DNA of 62,010 nucleotides, counting the filler, from Nemertoderma westbladi (taxonomy: Eukaryota; Animalia; Xenacoelomorpha), in the NCBI GenBank assembly GCA_032718475.1. It is 3 parts of 3 records of this genome, joined end to end, with 100 filler letters (N's around TTAATTAATTAA, not from the genome) between each part and the next. Parts side by side here need not be neighbours in the genome. Positions count along the whole stretch, not along the records: positions 17,383 to 44,721 come from JAUCBJ010004515.1; positions 44,822 to 62,010 come from JAUCBJ010007853.1; 1 more part is not named here. One strand, written 5' to 3'. The number at the start of each line of letters is the position of its first letter. Position 1 is the first letter of the stretch. Shown here piece after piece: positions 36,185 to 47,560 of this stretch. Position numbers and translations under genes: made by a program. The notes below the pieces were generated by a model. It had not been told where the DNA came from. It saw only the letters and a list, made by a program, of their open reading frames with translations, and did not search any database.

Positions 36185-36614
36185 GCCTAATTACCTATTT
36201 TTTCATACCTGTGGCTGACAGTCCTTCCTTTGTTTTATCGTTTAACTGAATATTTAATGGCAGTGATTTTTTATGTCAATTTATTTGACTTTTTTTGTCA
36301 CTTTTTTTTACGAATTATGCATAATGACTTTTGTTGTCCATTTAATGACTTTTATTGTCATTTTAATAACTTTTTATGTATGTATTTCTTCAAACTGTCA
36401 GACTGATGATTTCTGGACTGTCAGACAGTTGATTTCACTATGCCTGTGCCAAAACATTCCATGATTCCATGATTTATAGACTATGAGATAGATTTCCATA
36501 TGCGCCTGTGGTAAAAAGACTCTATATTTAATAGTTTGTGGTTGTTGTCGATAATCAATTACCACATGACGTAGCAAAACACTCATTTTATAGCCAAAGA
36601 CAATTACCAATTGA

Positions 36615-37592
36615 TGGAAAGGAGCAGGTTAAGGCCGAGTTTTCTAACCAAAACAATAAACAGTCACTTTACCAAATCAGGGAAAGGAGCAGGTTACAGA
36701 GACGGGATTTTCTAACCAAAACAATAAACGATCATTTAACTAATTGAGGGAAAGGAGCAGGTTACAGAGACGGGATTTTCTAACCAAAACAATAAACGAT
36801 AACATTACCAATTGAGAGAAAGGAGCAGATTACAGAGGCGGGATTTTCTAACCAAAACAATAAACGATAACATTACCAATTGAGGGAAAGGAGCTGGTTA
36901 CAGAGGCGGGATTTCCTAACCAAAACAATAAACGATCACTTAAACTAATTGAGGGAAAGGAGCAGGTTACAGAGGCGGGATTTTCTAACCAAAACAATAA
37001 ACCGTCACTTTACCAAATCAGGGAAAGGAGCAGGTTACAGAGACGGGATTTTCTAACCAAAACAATAAACGATCATTTAACTAATTGAGGGAAAGGAGCA
37101 GGTTACAGAGACGGGATTTTCTAACCAAAACAATAAACGATCATTTAACTAATTGAGGGAAAGGAGCAGGTTACAGAGACGGGATTTTCTAACCAAAACA
37201 ATAAACGATAACATTACCAATTGAGAGAAAGGAGCAGATTACAGAGGCGGGATTTTCTAACCAAAACAATAAACGATAACATTACCAATTGAGGGAAAGG
37301 AGCTGGTTACAGAGGCGGGATTTCCTAACCAAAACAATAAACGATCACTTAAACTAATTGAGGGAAAGGAGCAGGTTACAGAGGCGGGATTTTCTAACCA
37401 AAACAATAAACCGTCACTTTACCAAATCAGGGAAAGGAGCAGGTTACAGAGACGGGATTTTCTAACCAAAACAATAAACGATCATTTAACTAATTGAGGG
37501 AAAGGAGCAGGTTACAGAGACGGGATTTTCTAACCAAAACAATAAACGATCATTTAACTAATTGAGGGAAAGGGGCAGGTTACAGAGGCGGG
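36615..37592 (+). repeat. Tandem array of about 68 bp (about 14 copies) with higher-order structure
   Basis: Unit AAGGAGCAGGTTACAGAG(A/G)CGGGATTTTCTAACCAAAACAATAAACG plus a variable spacer. The GTCACTTTTACCAAATCAGGG variant recurs at about 36663, 37004 and 37413 (5- then 6-unit period). Confidence 0.95.
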
Positions 37593-39217
37593 CCTTCTGT
37601 GCTGTTGGAAGTAGTGGAGCCGCTATCCGTAACACTACTCAGGCAGTAGTCATGATCCATTATTGATTATAAAACTAATACAGTAAGGCCTAAATTATGT
37701 GAAAGGTATATCCACATTTTCCACAATCCTGCCATCCAGTTTCGCCTATCAATTATTTCAAATTTATTAGCACAACCGGTAGGCCTACCATTACCGTATT
37801 TAAATGGTAGGCTACACAGTAGGCCTATAGCAGTACCAGTGCCGGTACCGGTACTAAAATACAGAAATACCTGCTTTATACCTACATCTGTACATACAAT
37901 ACAGCAAAATAGTGCTATATATATACTAACCGGTACTGATAGCCTGAGAGAACAGCAGTAGAGAAACCGGTAGCATGGAACCTAACATTAGACTTTGGAT
38001 AACATAAAAAATCAAAAAAAAATGACAAAAAAAGGATAAAAATGGACAATAAAAATTATTGCGATATTTAATTATATAACTCCTGAACTGAAGGCTGAAG
38101 CTAGATCCAATTACATCCAGCAAGCCATTCACAACCCACCAACAGAACTGCCAGAGGAATATCACTGTACACTACAGTTAGAATATCTCAATCAACGACC
38201 AATGAGTAGATTTCGGGATGCTCCCAAGATAATTATTACCATATATGGTATTATTCGATTGGAAGGTAGTCCTAATAACAAGAAACAAGAAACAACTGCA
38301 TTGCAGCACATTTACAAACCAAAATCAATTACTAATTATCACATATACTCAGTAACCACCCATGCTGAATTAACATGTGTCTACACCATCAACATGGTTT
38401 AAAATTTTCTATATAAATGGAATGGCATATCATATTAATTGAGAATTACCCAATCACCCCAATCTATTGCTATACTATCATTTATTGCTATCTATACATT
38501 GCAATGTCTCAATCGGTTCATGATTGCAGCTATCTGCTGATAGAGACTGACTGTGAGAGTAAAGAGACTCATGACCCGGTTTAGGCTTTTGCCTTTTTGG
38601 CAACTACTAACTGTAGTATTTGTTATATGGATATGCTGTTAATACTGTAATAATGCGGTACGATCCTATTGGATAGGAATGGTTAATAATACAGTATATA
38701 GCTCTCAACTCCAGATCTTTCACTGGCGACGACTGGAAAATACGATGGAAACTGCTCAACGACTTCACTGATCGCCCGACCGACCATCTTATACCGGAAC
38801 GACCCGATATAAACTTCCTGCACAGACTCGTTATCGCCGCACGACCGACCAACTTATACCGGAACGACCCGATATAAACTTGAGAGCACAAACTCCTTCA
38901 CTCCACGGCGATACAAACTTGAAAGCACGAATTCCTTCACGGACCCGTTATCGCTGCACTACCAACCAACTTATACTGGAACGACCCGATATAAACTTCC
39001 TTCACCGACTCGTTATCGCCGTACGACCGACCAACTTATACCGGAACGACCCGATATAAACTTGAGAGCACAAACTCCTTCACTCTCTACGGCTTAGATA
39101 TCACTGCACGATCGGCCAACTTATATTAGAACGACCCGTTATAAACTTGAGAATATAAACTCCCACACGGTTTCATTTATCGCCGCACGACCAGCTTACA
39201 CACTAAGATATTGGAAA

Positions 39218-40312
39218 ATGGCTTCCAACATCATAAAATTTGATCCCGCGGATCATTCGACCGACTTATACGATGCGTTTTCGGAATTCATAGCCAACTT
39301 CCACTATGAATACATGTCTATTACTAAGGAACCCCCAGAGACGGAAGCAGCGACTGATCAACAGCGAGTCAACTGGCACGAACAGAATAAGCGCAAATAC
39401 TTTTTAGGTAAATTTGCGAGCCGCAATTTACAACGCGACTTTGAAGATTCAGTCCCCACTGACCGACGAGATACAGTGGCCTTCACGGAAATGATTGATG
39501 TCTTGAAGACACGTTACAAACCTACGCGCAACACAACCATCGCCAACTTTGAGTTTTACTCTCTCAGGCAGAATCCCGGAGAATCATTTGATATGTTTGC
39601 TAATAGAGTTAAGCATGAAGCCCAAAGTTGTGATTTTTCCTGCTCAGATAGATGTACAGTGCGCAACATATTAATACGCGACCAGATCTTAGTGGGTACA
39701 ACACACTCCGACATTCAAAATAATGCGCTCAAAGAGCAGTGGGATCTACCAGACCTAATAGCTAATGGAAGACGATTACAGGCGGCCTCTATAGGAGCAG
39801 AACGAATTGCTGAAGCGCAGGGTCGATCCAAGAATGACAGACCTGCAGCTGATGTTTATCGTATGCATCGTCCTGGTCCCTATTCCAAAAAGGCAAAAGC
39901 CCAACAGAAGCTCAGTACAACTGGCTCAAGGCCAGCACACAACGATACTCGTTGTATCAATTGTAACTCCCGAAGCTGCCCAGGGGACGCTACGTGCTTT
40001 GCTCGTAAGCGTCAGTGCTATCTTTGTGGTGTAACGGGCCACCTGAAAGGATCGAAGGCCTGTCAATCATACAACACTAAACATGCTGAGGGTAAACTAT
40101 CTAGACACCAGAAGTCGCATAAATCCAACACACGCCGCATCCGGGATGAACTATCAAACAGCTCTGATACCTCATCCAGTGAATCGGCTCTGTCCGAGGA
40201 GGAGGGGTCAGCCAGCCCCAACAGCGACTCTGAGAGCTACCGCCACCGTCCCAAAGGAGCCAAATGCCGCTTCATCTCTCACGTTCGCTATACGAGAACC
40301 ATCCACCGATGA
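39218..40312 (+). CDS. Gypsy Gag
   Basis: FYSLRQNPGESFDMFANRVKHEAQSCDF...LIRDQILVG retrotransposon gag motif and zinc knuckle CYLCGVTGHLKGSKAC. Ends at a TGA in frame with pol. Confidence 0.9.
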   Translation: MASNIIKFDPADHSTDLYDAFSEFIANFHYEYMSITKEPPETEAATDQQRVNWHEQNKRKYFLGKFASRNLQRDFEDSVPTDRRDTVAFTEMIDVLKTRYKPTRNTTIANFEFYSLRQNPGESFDMFANRVKHEAQSCDFSCSDRCTVRNILIRDQILVGTTHSDIQNNALKEQWDLPDLIANGRRLQAASIGAERIAEAQGRSKNDRPAADVYRMHRPGPYSKKAKAQQKLSTTGSRPAHNDTRCINCNSRSCPGDATCFARKRQCYLCGVTGHLKGSKACQSYNTKHAEGKLSRHQKSHKSNTRRIRDELSNSSDTSSSESALSEEEGSASPNSDSESYRHRPKGAKCRFISHVRYTRTIHR

Positions 40313-43300
40313 AGTAATTGTAAAAAGCATACTGCCAAATCGCGCTACTTGGTGGAGATAGTAGTCAAAGAAGCCACAGTACGAGCTTTTGCGGATACAG
40401 GTGCGGACGTTTCAGTCATGTCTCAGGCAACAGCTGCCAAGTTAGACCTACCACTACAAAAGACAAAGCTCTGTCTGAAACCGTATGGCTCTCGCAAGCG
40501 TGCTTGTCTTGGTTACTACGTCGGGCCAGTTATGTGTGGTAAGTCAGTTGCCAATATACGATTCTACGTGGTTCGTGGGAATGTGGAAACGCTGCTAAGT
40601 GGCCCTGCGTCAGAAGCGCTAAGCATAATCACCCTCAACCATGAAGACCATACCGATTCACTCCCATATACTACAATAAATCGCACTGAAACGACAGACG
40701 ATACGAATGGTAGTATAGCTCACCTGTTCAACAGCTGTGCCCACCACATGGATATCCGACCATATGCTCATATATTCACTGGCATTGGCAAACTTCGTAA
40801 CCATCTAGTAAAACTGCACACTGATGAATCTATCCCTCCAATAGCATCCCCAATGCGTCCAGTCCCATTCCACCTTCGCTCCCGTCTCCAGCAAGAACTC
40901 AAGGCAATGGAACATGCAGGAATAATTGAAAAGCATGAAGGGCCCGCACCATGGGTGTCCAATGTTGTCCTCGCCCCCAAGGACAATGGTAGTGTGCGAG
41001 TCACTATTGATATGAGAAATGCCAATAAGGCCATTAAAGATACTAAGGTACCTATCCCCAGGCCCGAAGATATTCTGACACAAGTCGGCGGCTCAATGGT
41101 TTTCAGCAAGTTGGACTTCAAATCTGCGTTCCATCAGCTAGAACTCGCTCCGGAAAGTCGACAAATCACAGTATTTAGCGATGGTGATCAATTATGGCAC
41201 TACAACCGCCTAACAATGGGCACCAAACCTGCTTCAGGGGAGTTAAATCGGGCTCTACAGCCCTTGTTCGCGTCTGTATCCGGAGCTTATGTCATTCATG
41301 ATGACCTTATTGTGGCCACGGTGACAGTCTCCGATCATGCAGCTGCCTTGGAACAAACACTTAGGATCATATCAGATGCCAACCTTACTCTCAACCCAGA
41401 CAAGTGCCACTTCTTCCAGCAGGAGATACCATTCTGGGGTATGATCCTCTCCAAAGAAGGAGTCCGCCCCGATCCATCAAAGATAGAGGCGTTACGACAG
41501 GCCCCAGCACCACGCAACAAATATGAGGTAATGTCATTCTTGTCATTGGTACAGTCCTACTCCGACTTCATCCCGAACCTCTCCCGGCAGACGAAACACC
41601 TGAGGTCACTCACCCTCAAACACAAGCGCTTTAAATGGTCTGCAGCCTGCCAATCAGAATTTCAACACCTACGATGCCTTCTCAGTGAGCAGTCATCCCT
41701 CCGTTTCTTCGATCCCACTCTGCCAACATACCTATTTGTAGATGCACATCAGACGGGGCTGTCAGTCATATTATGCCAAGGCCATTCATCATCATCACCA
41801 CACATGGTGGCATGCGCGAGCCGTACCACTACACCAGTAGAACGACGCTACCCCCAGCTTGACCTGGAGGCTCTGGCCATCAACTTTGGTTTGTGTCGCT
41901 ACCGCCAATATCTTGTAGGGGGGCCAACCATCTCAGTATATACGGATCACAAACCGCTGATTAGCATATTTGCGGGAAAGCGCAGGGGCTCAGTTCGCAC
42001 TGAAAGAATTCTATTACGACACCAAGATGTTCCTTATCAGGTTATTTGGCGTTCAGGCCAGGACAACCCAGCTGACTACCTCTCACGAAGGGCACTCCCG
42101 TGGAATGAAACACCAAAATCATGGCAGGACGAAACATTGGAGCTGGAGAAAACTATTTGGTTTCTGCAGCTCTCACCATACACTGAAGCTATTGCCATGG
42201 AGAAGATTATCAATGAAACCAAACAGGATCACACTCTACAACTGCTGGCTGCAGCGCTTCAGAAGGGATACATCTCACGGAGCTGTCATGAACTGAAACC
42301 ATATCGCCCCTTCTTTGCAACAATTTCACTCTCGGATACTCAATTGCTCTTAAAAGAAGATCGCATCATACTACCGGAAAAACTGTGGATGCAGGCAATC
42401 GAGAAGGCTCATCAAGGAGGACACCCTGGATCAGCAGTTCTAAAAAGACGCCTACGCACACATTTTTGGTTTCCTGACCTCAATTGTATGGTGGAATCCA
42501 AAGTCGCCAGCTGCAAAGGATGCCAGCTCTTCACTAACAAGGGATACACGGCACCACACTCAGCCCAGCACACACCGGATCATGCATGGCAAGAGGTTAA
42601 TATTGACCTGTTTGGACCTATGCCAACAGGACAACATGTGCTTGTAGCTCAAGACTCACTCTCAAGATTTCCAGCAGCCACCATTGTACCTTCCACTTCA
42701 TCAGCGCCTGTTCTCACTGCCTTGGGCGATATCTATGACAACTTTGGTAACCCAGAAACCCATCGTTCAGATAATGGGCCCCCGTTTAATTCAAAGGAGT
42801 TCACAACTTTCTCCCGCCAGCGGGGCATATCCCACACGAAAGTGTATGAATACCACCCGCAGGGAAACCCCTCTGAAACCTTTATGAAGCCCCTCGGCAA
42901 GGCCATGAATATAGCTCATAACAACAGGCAACCGCTGAAAGAAGCCTTATCACAAGCCCTGGCAAACTACCGTTCTACCCCCCATACTGCAACTGGTGTT
43001 GCCCCAGGCGACGTTCTCCTCCGACACGGATACCGCTCCAGCTTCCCACGGAATTTCCCATTTCCGATCAACAGGTCAACGACGCTCGGGAACATGACCG
43101 TGAACAGAAGCACCGTCAAACGGATAAAGCAAATGCCTCCAGGCACTGCAAATCCACCTACTTGACACCATGTTGTCAGGTGCTCATACGCAATCGAGCC
43201 CGCAAACATAAATTTGATACAAAATATGAGTCAACCCCCTACACTGTAGTAGAACAACAAGGTAACGGAGTTCTCGTGAAGGCAGTAGATGGCAGAACCC

Positions 43301-43563
43301 GACGCCGTCATATCAATGACGTGAAGCCGTTCCACTATGAAATACCTGATCAGCGCTCGTCAACATGGGTCTGGGGCCCTCCACCCACAACAAAGGGCCA
43401 GCAAACTCAAGGATGCTCCCTATCATCTCAGCAACCTCCAACAGATACTGATGACAATGCTCCAGAGCATCCGCCTCGACCCACTCGCAATCGCACTCTT
43501 CCTGGATACCTTAAAGACTATGTTCTGGATGTCCCTCTGCTACGTACCAAAGATAGGGATTGA
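40313..43563 (+). CDS. Gypsy Pol (protease, RT, RNase H, integrase) with a one-base frameshift near 43055
   Basis: ADTGAD protease; FSKLDFKSAFHQL...VIHDDLIV RT; FVDAHQTG...YTDHKPL...NPADYLSR RNase H; HQGGH...CKGC and IDLFGP/SDNGPPF/NPSE integrase. The C-terminus continues in another frame (PISDQQVNDAREHDREQ...VLIRNRARKHKFDTKY). Confidence 0.92.
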
Positions 43564-43753
43564 TGATAGAGACTGACTGTGAGAGTAAAGAGACTCATGA
43601 CCCGGTTTAGGCTTTTGCCTTTTTGGCAACTACTAACTGTAGTATTTGTTATATGGATATGCTGTTAATACTGTAATAATGCGGTACGATCCTATTGGAT
43701 AGGAATGGTTAATAATACAGTATATAGCTCTCAACTCCAGATCTTTCATCTGC

Positions 43754-44700
43754 ATGTCCACGTAATCAGAATCATGGGTTCATCTCACCCAGATAGACTC
43801 TTTGGGTTTCATGGCCATAATGATCACAGTGTTGATTGTAACTTTGGCCTGCATCCAGCAGTTTCTCGAGTTCACTTTCAGCCGTGATCTGGGAGGACCT
43901 TTGCTGACCATAATCCGGGAGAGGTCATGAGACATTGGGAGAAGAAACCATGTATCATTGTTCTAATGTTTAGAGGCAATGATCAGTGTGTGAGAGAGAC
44001 AGATTTTGTTGTCACCAAATTGAATGAAGGCAATGATAACGGAATATTCATCCAATGGAGCCTCCTCCGATTTATGGGCACAAATTGTCCCGCGGTCAAT
44101 GCGCCCCGAAGAGAATACCTGTGGACCCCAATTTTGATTCGCGACGTGTGGCTAAAAACAGCAGGATGGTGGCGTGGCTGAGGTAATACGAATATGGCCT
44201 CCATCTTGCGTGTGTCAATACGACCACATACACAAGGTTAATATATTGTGGTCTCCCCATGCTGTTCATCTATTGAGCTTTGTAAACAGTCAAACGGAAC
44301 GCAACTTCGGGCTGTCACCATCAGTCGCAAATGTTAAGTTCCAGCCGCGCGCTGGGGTAACATTTGCGAACCACAATACCCAGGAGATTATCCAACAATG
44401 GCAGAACCCTGCATCATTGTTATATTATTTGGAACCAATGATCTCTGTACAAACAATACATATTTTGTTGTCTCCAAATTACAAACAATAGTGCAAGCTT
44501 ATTCTGTCTGACAATGGATCCTCCTTGGTATTGTGGGCACAAATGTTCCCTAGAGCGAGCGATCTAGATGGGGCAGACCTGTTGACATCGATTACAATGT
44601 CAGGTGGAAGGTTGTCAATGGGAGGAGCGTGGTTAAACAGAGAAACAAGATTTGTACAGTACGCAATGTGATAAACAACCGCGACCTCTATACTAACAGC
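43754..44700 (+). pseudogene. Two tandem degenerate SGNH/GDSL-hydrolase-like ORFs; the first is split by the Gypsy insertion (its 5' part is 38504-38537)
   Basis: Copy 1: IRIMGSSHPDRL...NFGLHPAVSRVHFQP*SGRTFADHN...PCIIVLMFRGND. Copy 2: VNILWSPHAVHL...NFGLSPSVANVKFQPRAGVTFANHN...(frameshift)PCIIVILFGTNDLC. Block I G-S-S and block III GxND motifs. Confidence 0.65.
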
Positions 44701-44721
44701 AGAACTGTTGAACAGACCAAT

Positions 44722-44821
44722 NNNNNNNNNNNNNNNNNNNNNNNNNNNNNNNNNNNNNNNNNNNNTTAATTAATTAANNNNNNNNNNNNNNNNNNNNNNN
44801 NNNNNNNNNNNNNNNNNNNNN
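44722..44821. other. Assembly gap with synthetic TTAATTAATTAA linker
   Basis: 100-nt N block with a central six-frame stop linker. Confidence 0.98.
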
Positions 44822-45759
44822 TGTGTCTCTTGCAGATTCTCCAACTCCAGTTGGGTAGTCTGCTCAGATGCTCTCCTTTCTGCTTCTGCCACTGCCTTTG
44901 CCACCGCCTTTGCTGCTTTTCTTTCTGCTTCTGCATCTGCCTTTGCCACCGCCTTTGCTGCTTTTCTTTCTGCTTCTGCATCTGCCTTTGCCACCGCCTT
45001 TGCTGCTTTACTTTCTGCTTCTGCATCTGCTATAGCCGCCGCCATAGCCGCCGCCTTTTGTTCCTCTATCCTTCTTTTCTTTATTTGTTCTTCTTGGACT
45101 CTAACAAGGCGGAGTTTTTCATCACATTTAGCTTGTTCTGCAGCTAACATTTCCGCATCGATTGCGTCCAACACAAGCTTGGTTCCTTCACTATTAGGGC
45201 GAAGTCCAGACAGTCGTCTCCTCAACTCTTCGTCTCCTATGAATCGCTGATAGTCTGACAGATATATGTCAATGGCGTCTCTAGTTCACGGCTTCTCTGC
45301 TGCTGTTAATTCGCTTTCCAATTCGCTTTCCACCTCGCTTTCCACTTGAGAAGAAGTGGCGTCGGTTGATTCTTCATAGGTTGGCCGCTCATCATAAACC
45401 ATATCCGCCATCTTCGCTCCGCGTTCGGGCGTCCGCTCAACAGTATCCGAACTACTGGAGCTATCGGGCCGCTGAGAACTAGGTTCTTGGCTAGGAGGTT
45501 GCTGCTGTTTTATAGCTTCTTCTTGATCCCGCTTGACTTGGGCCCGAGTGCCTATGGCAGACCAACGGCGCTTCACTAACTTCGCAAAATGCGAAATCGC
45601 TTCTACCAACCTAGGTTCTGATACAACCACTGCAGGGGTTGCCCTTCTTACAGTATGAGGGGTTTCAGACCTCGGTCTGGGATTCTCTACACTTTGATCT
45701 GAGAAACAGTCTGTTGTTTCTAGGAGACTATCTGACAGAGTTTGCCTTGTGTCAGCCAT
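44822..45759 (-). pseudogene. Gag/ORF1-like coiled-coil ORF with one in-frame TGA, running into the gap
   Basis: ORFs 45759-45286 and 45225-gap share a frame and join as EKP*TRDAIDIYLSDYQRFIGDEELRRRL. Contains a 45-bp tandem repeat encoding AKAVAKADAEAERKA. Long upstream leader with an approximately 289-bp duplication. Confidence 0.5.
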
Positions 45760-46984
45760 GTTTGTTTACACAGTTGAATGCCTACGGCTACAAATACAGT
45801 CAAAGTAAGTCTAGTAATTCAGTATCACCGTTAGCCTAATAATTAATTGCCGATACTGCTGCTCAGTGTAGCGTGATATATATATAATATATTAGAATAC
45901 CGGTATGCTTATAATATATATATAAGTATTATTACAGACTAGATTTGTCACAGAGTACCGGTATATAATTTTAGCACAAATATATATAAATATATAATAG
46001 GCCTATCGTGAATACCGGTATGTCAATTATTTTAAAATAATTGAATTTCTGAATGTTAGGGGTTACTTGGTTACTTTACTTACTCTATTACCGTTATTTG
46101 AGCAGCAGTCCAACTGATATTAAGACCTAAGTGTTGTAGAACAGGCCTACTATTTTATTAATAGATTTAGTGGATTTATATGTACCCTTATGAGGGGTTT
46201 TATTACAATATTGAAATAGATGTTACTATTTCTGGGGGGAGTCACTACACAGAAGCTGTGCGCTCTCAGTGGAGTGCTACCTATGGGACACTAAAACAGA
46301 TAATTCTAATTTACCTAAGTTACTTATTACTACAAATTACTTACAATACGGGTGAGATTAATTCTCTAATTAAACACAACAAAAATATTACGTACGAAAT
46401 TTTTAGGGTAATTTTACAGGAAGTCTACAAACCAGCCTAACAAAGGGTTAGAATTCTGGTTATTACAACTGACAGGGTACTACGGTATTTGAAATAATAA
46501 GTAGTAGTAAATATATTGTACTGTCCAGATAGGAAAATACCACCGCCTGACGACCTATAACCGTATCGCTATAGGTACTACGTTATGTATCACGGATTGT
46601 TCCTACCCAGAAGCTAATAGAGCTAACGAATGTGCCTATCAACCACTTTACAACACAAATATACTGCCTACACTAATTACTTCGGAAAGCACTGTACACT
46701 AAACCCTAAATTAGGTACAAGTACCGGTATAACAAATAATCAGTAGTTAAATATACTTGAACAGTTAAAAGAACCACGGCATCTGCTGGAGTGACCGAAG
46801 CACAAAGTCATCAGTCTTTACCTACGCCAAGCAACCCTGATGTAGTACCGGGGTTAGTTTAACTATAACGGTATGTATAACAAGCACAATTACTGTAGGA
46901 ATAAACTTGGGGACATGAATGTTGCGAATAATCGCATAAACTCTGAATAATAAATATTACGCTACCCGTACAGAATACTCAAAC

Positions 46985-47480
46985 AAAATACAAACTAAAC
47001 GCTGGCAGACTACTATCAAGCCTAAACAAACTACAGTATGTGCAGATTCTGAAACTGTTAGTTAGTATGCGTTCTAACACGGTAGTACGACTTACTCTTT
47101 AAGAGGGGATTGACCTTACCGCATATGGCTGCCCCAACTTACTAACGGCACTTTATCAGACCAACTCTACACACGCAGCAATCCCTTCAGGCCTAAGAAT
47201 AGCTAGACAACAATCCAGCCTACAAAATATTTGAGTAATAACTATTACGGTACCTGAACAGACCACACAAACAAACACAGACTAAAACACTGGCAGACTA
47301 CGATCAAGCCTAAATAAACTACAGTATATGCAGACTCTGAAACTGTTAGTTAGTATGCGTTCTAACACGGTAGTACGACTTATTCTTTAAGAGGGGATTG
47401 ACCTTACCGCATATGGCTGCCCCAACTTACTAACGGCACTTTATCAGACAAACTCTACACACGCCGTAATCTCTCCAAAC
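46985..47480 (+). repeat. Tandem duplication, period about 289 bp
   Basis: CTGGCAGACTAC...CTGAAACTGTTAGTTAGTATGCGTTCTAACACGGTAGTACGACTTA...AACTCTACACACGC present at about 47002 and 47290. Confidence 0.9.
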
Positions 47481-47560
47481 TCAACACAGTCAGACAGCAG
47501 TTCAGCCTACAATTACTTGCACAATCTGAGCAGACTTACACGTCTTCAGCTCAATATTAA

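Larger units (their letters stand above)
34726..36243. mobile_element. Penelope-like element remnant with inverted pseudo-LTRs
   Basis: Perfect inverted repeat of about 103 bp (34759-34861 vs 36143-36245), each arm carrying a hammerhead-like core. 14-bp direct repeat AACTGAATATTTAA flanks the structure at 34712 and 36244. Confidence 0.7.
38538..43748 (+). mobile_element. Full-length Ty3/Gypsy (Mag-like) LTR retrotransposon
   Basis: Identical 185-bp TG...CA LTRs (38538-38722, 43564-43748), 5-bp TSD TCTGC, PBS TGGCGACGA after the 5' LTR, purine tract AAAGATAGGGA before the 3' LTR, tandem repeats in the 5' UTR, gag-PR-RT-RH-IN order. Confidence 0.97.

Noticed and set aside
36615-37592. CRISPR-like repeat-spacer appearance
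   Set aside because: Spacers are related and recur periodically, there are no cas genes, and the context is eukaryotic.
26770-45290. Recurrent in-frame TGA codons (near 26771, 40310, 43885, 45286) suggesting an alternative genetic code
   Set aside because: All lie in TE or pseudogene sequence. A paralogous position has Arg (CGC), consistent with CGA-to-TGA decay, and the intact host genes contain no internal TGA.
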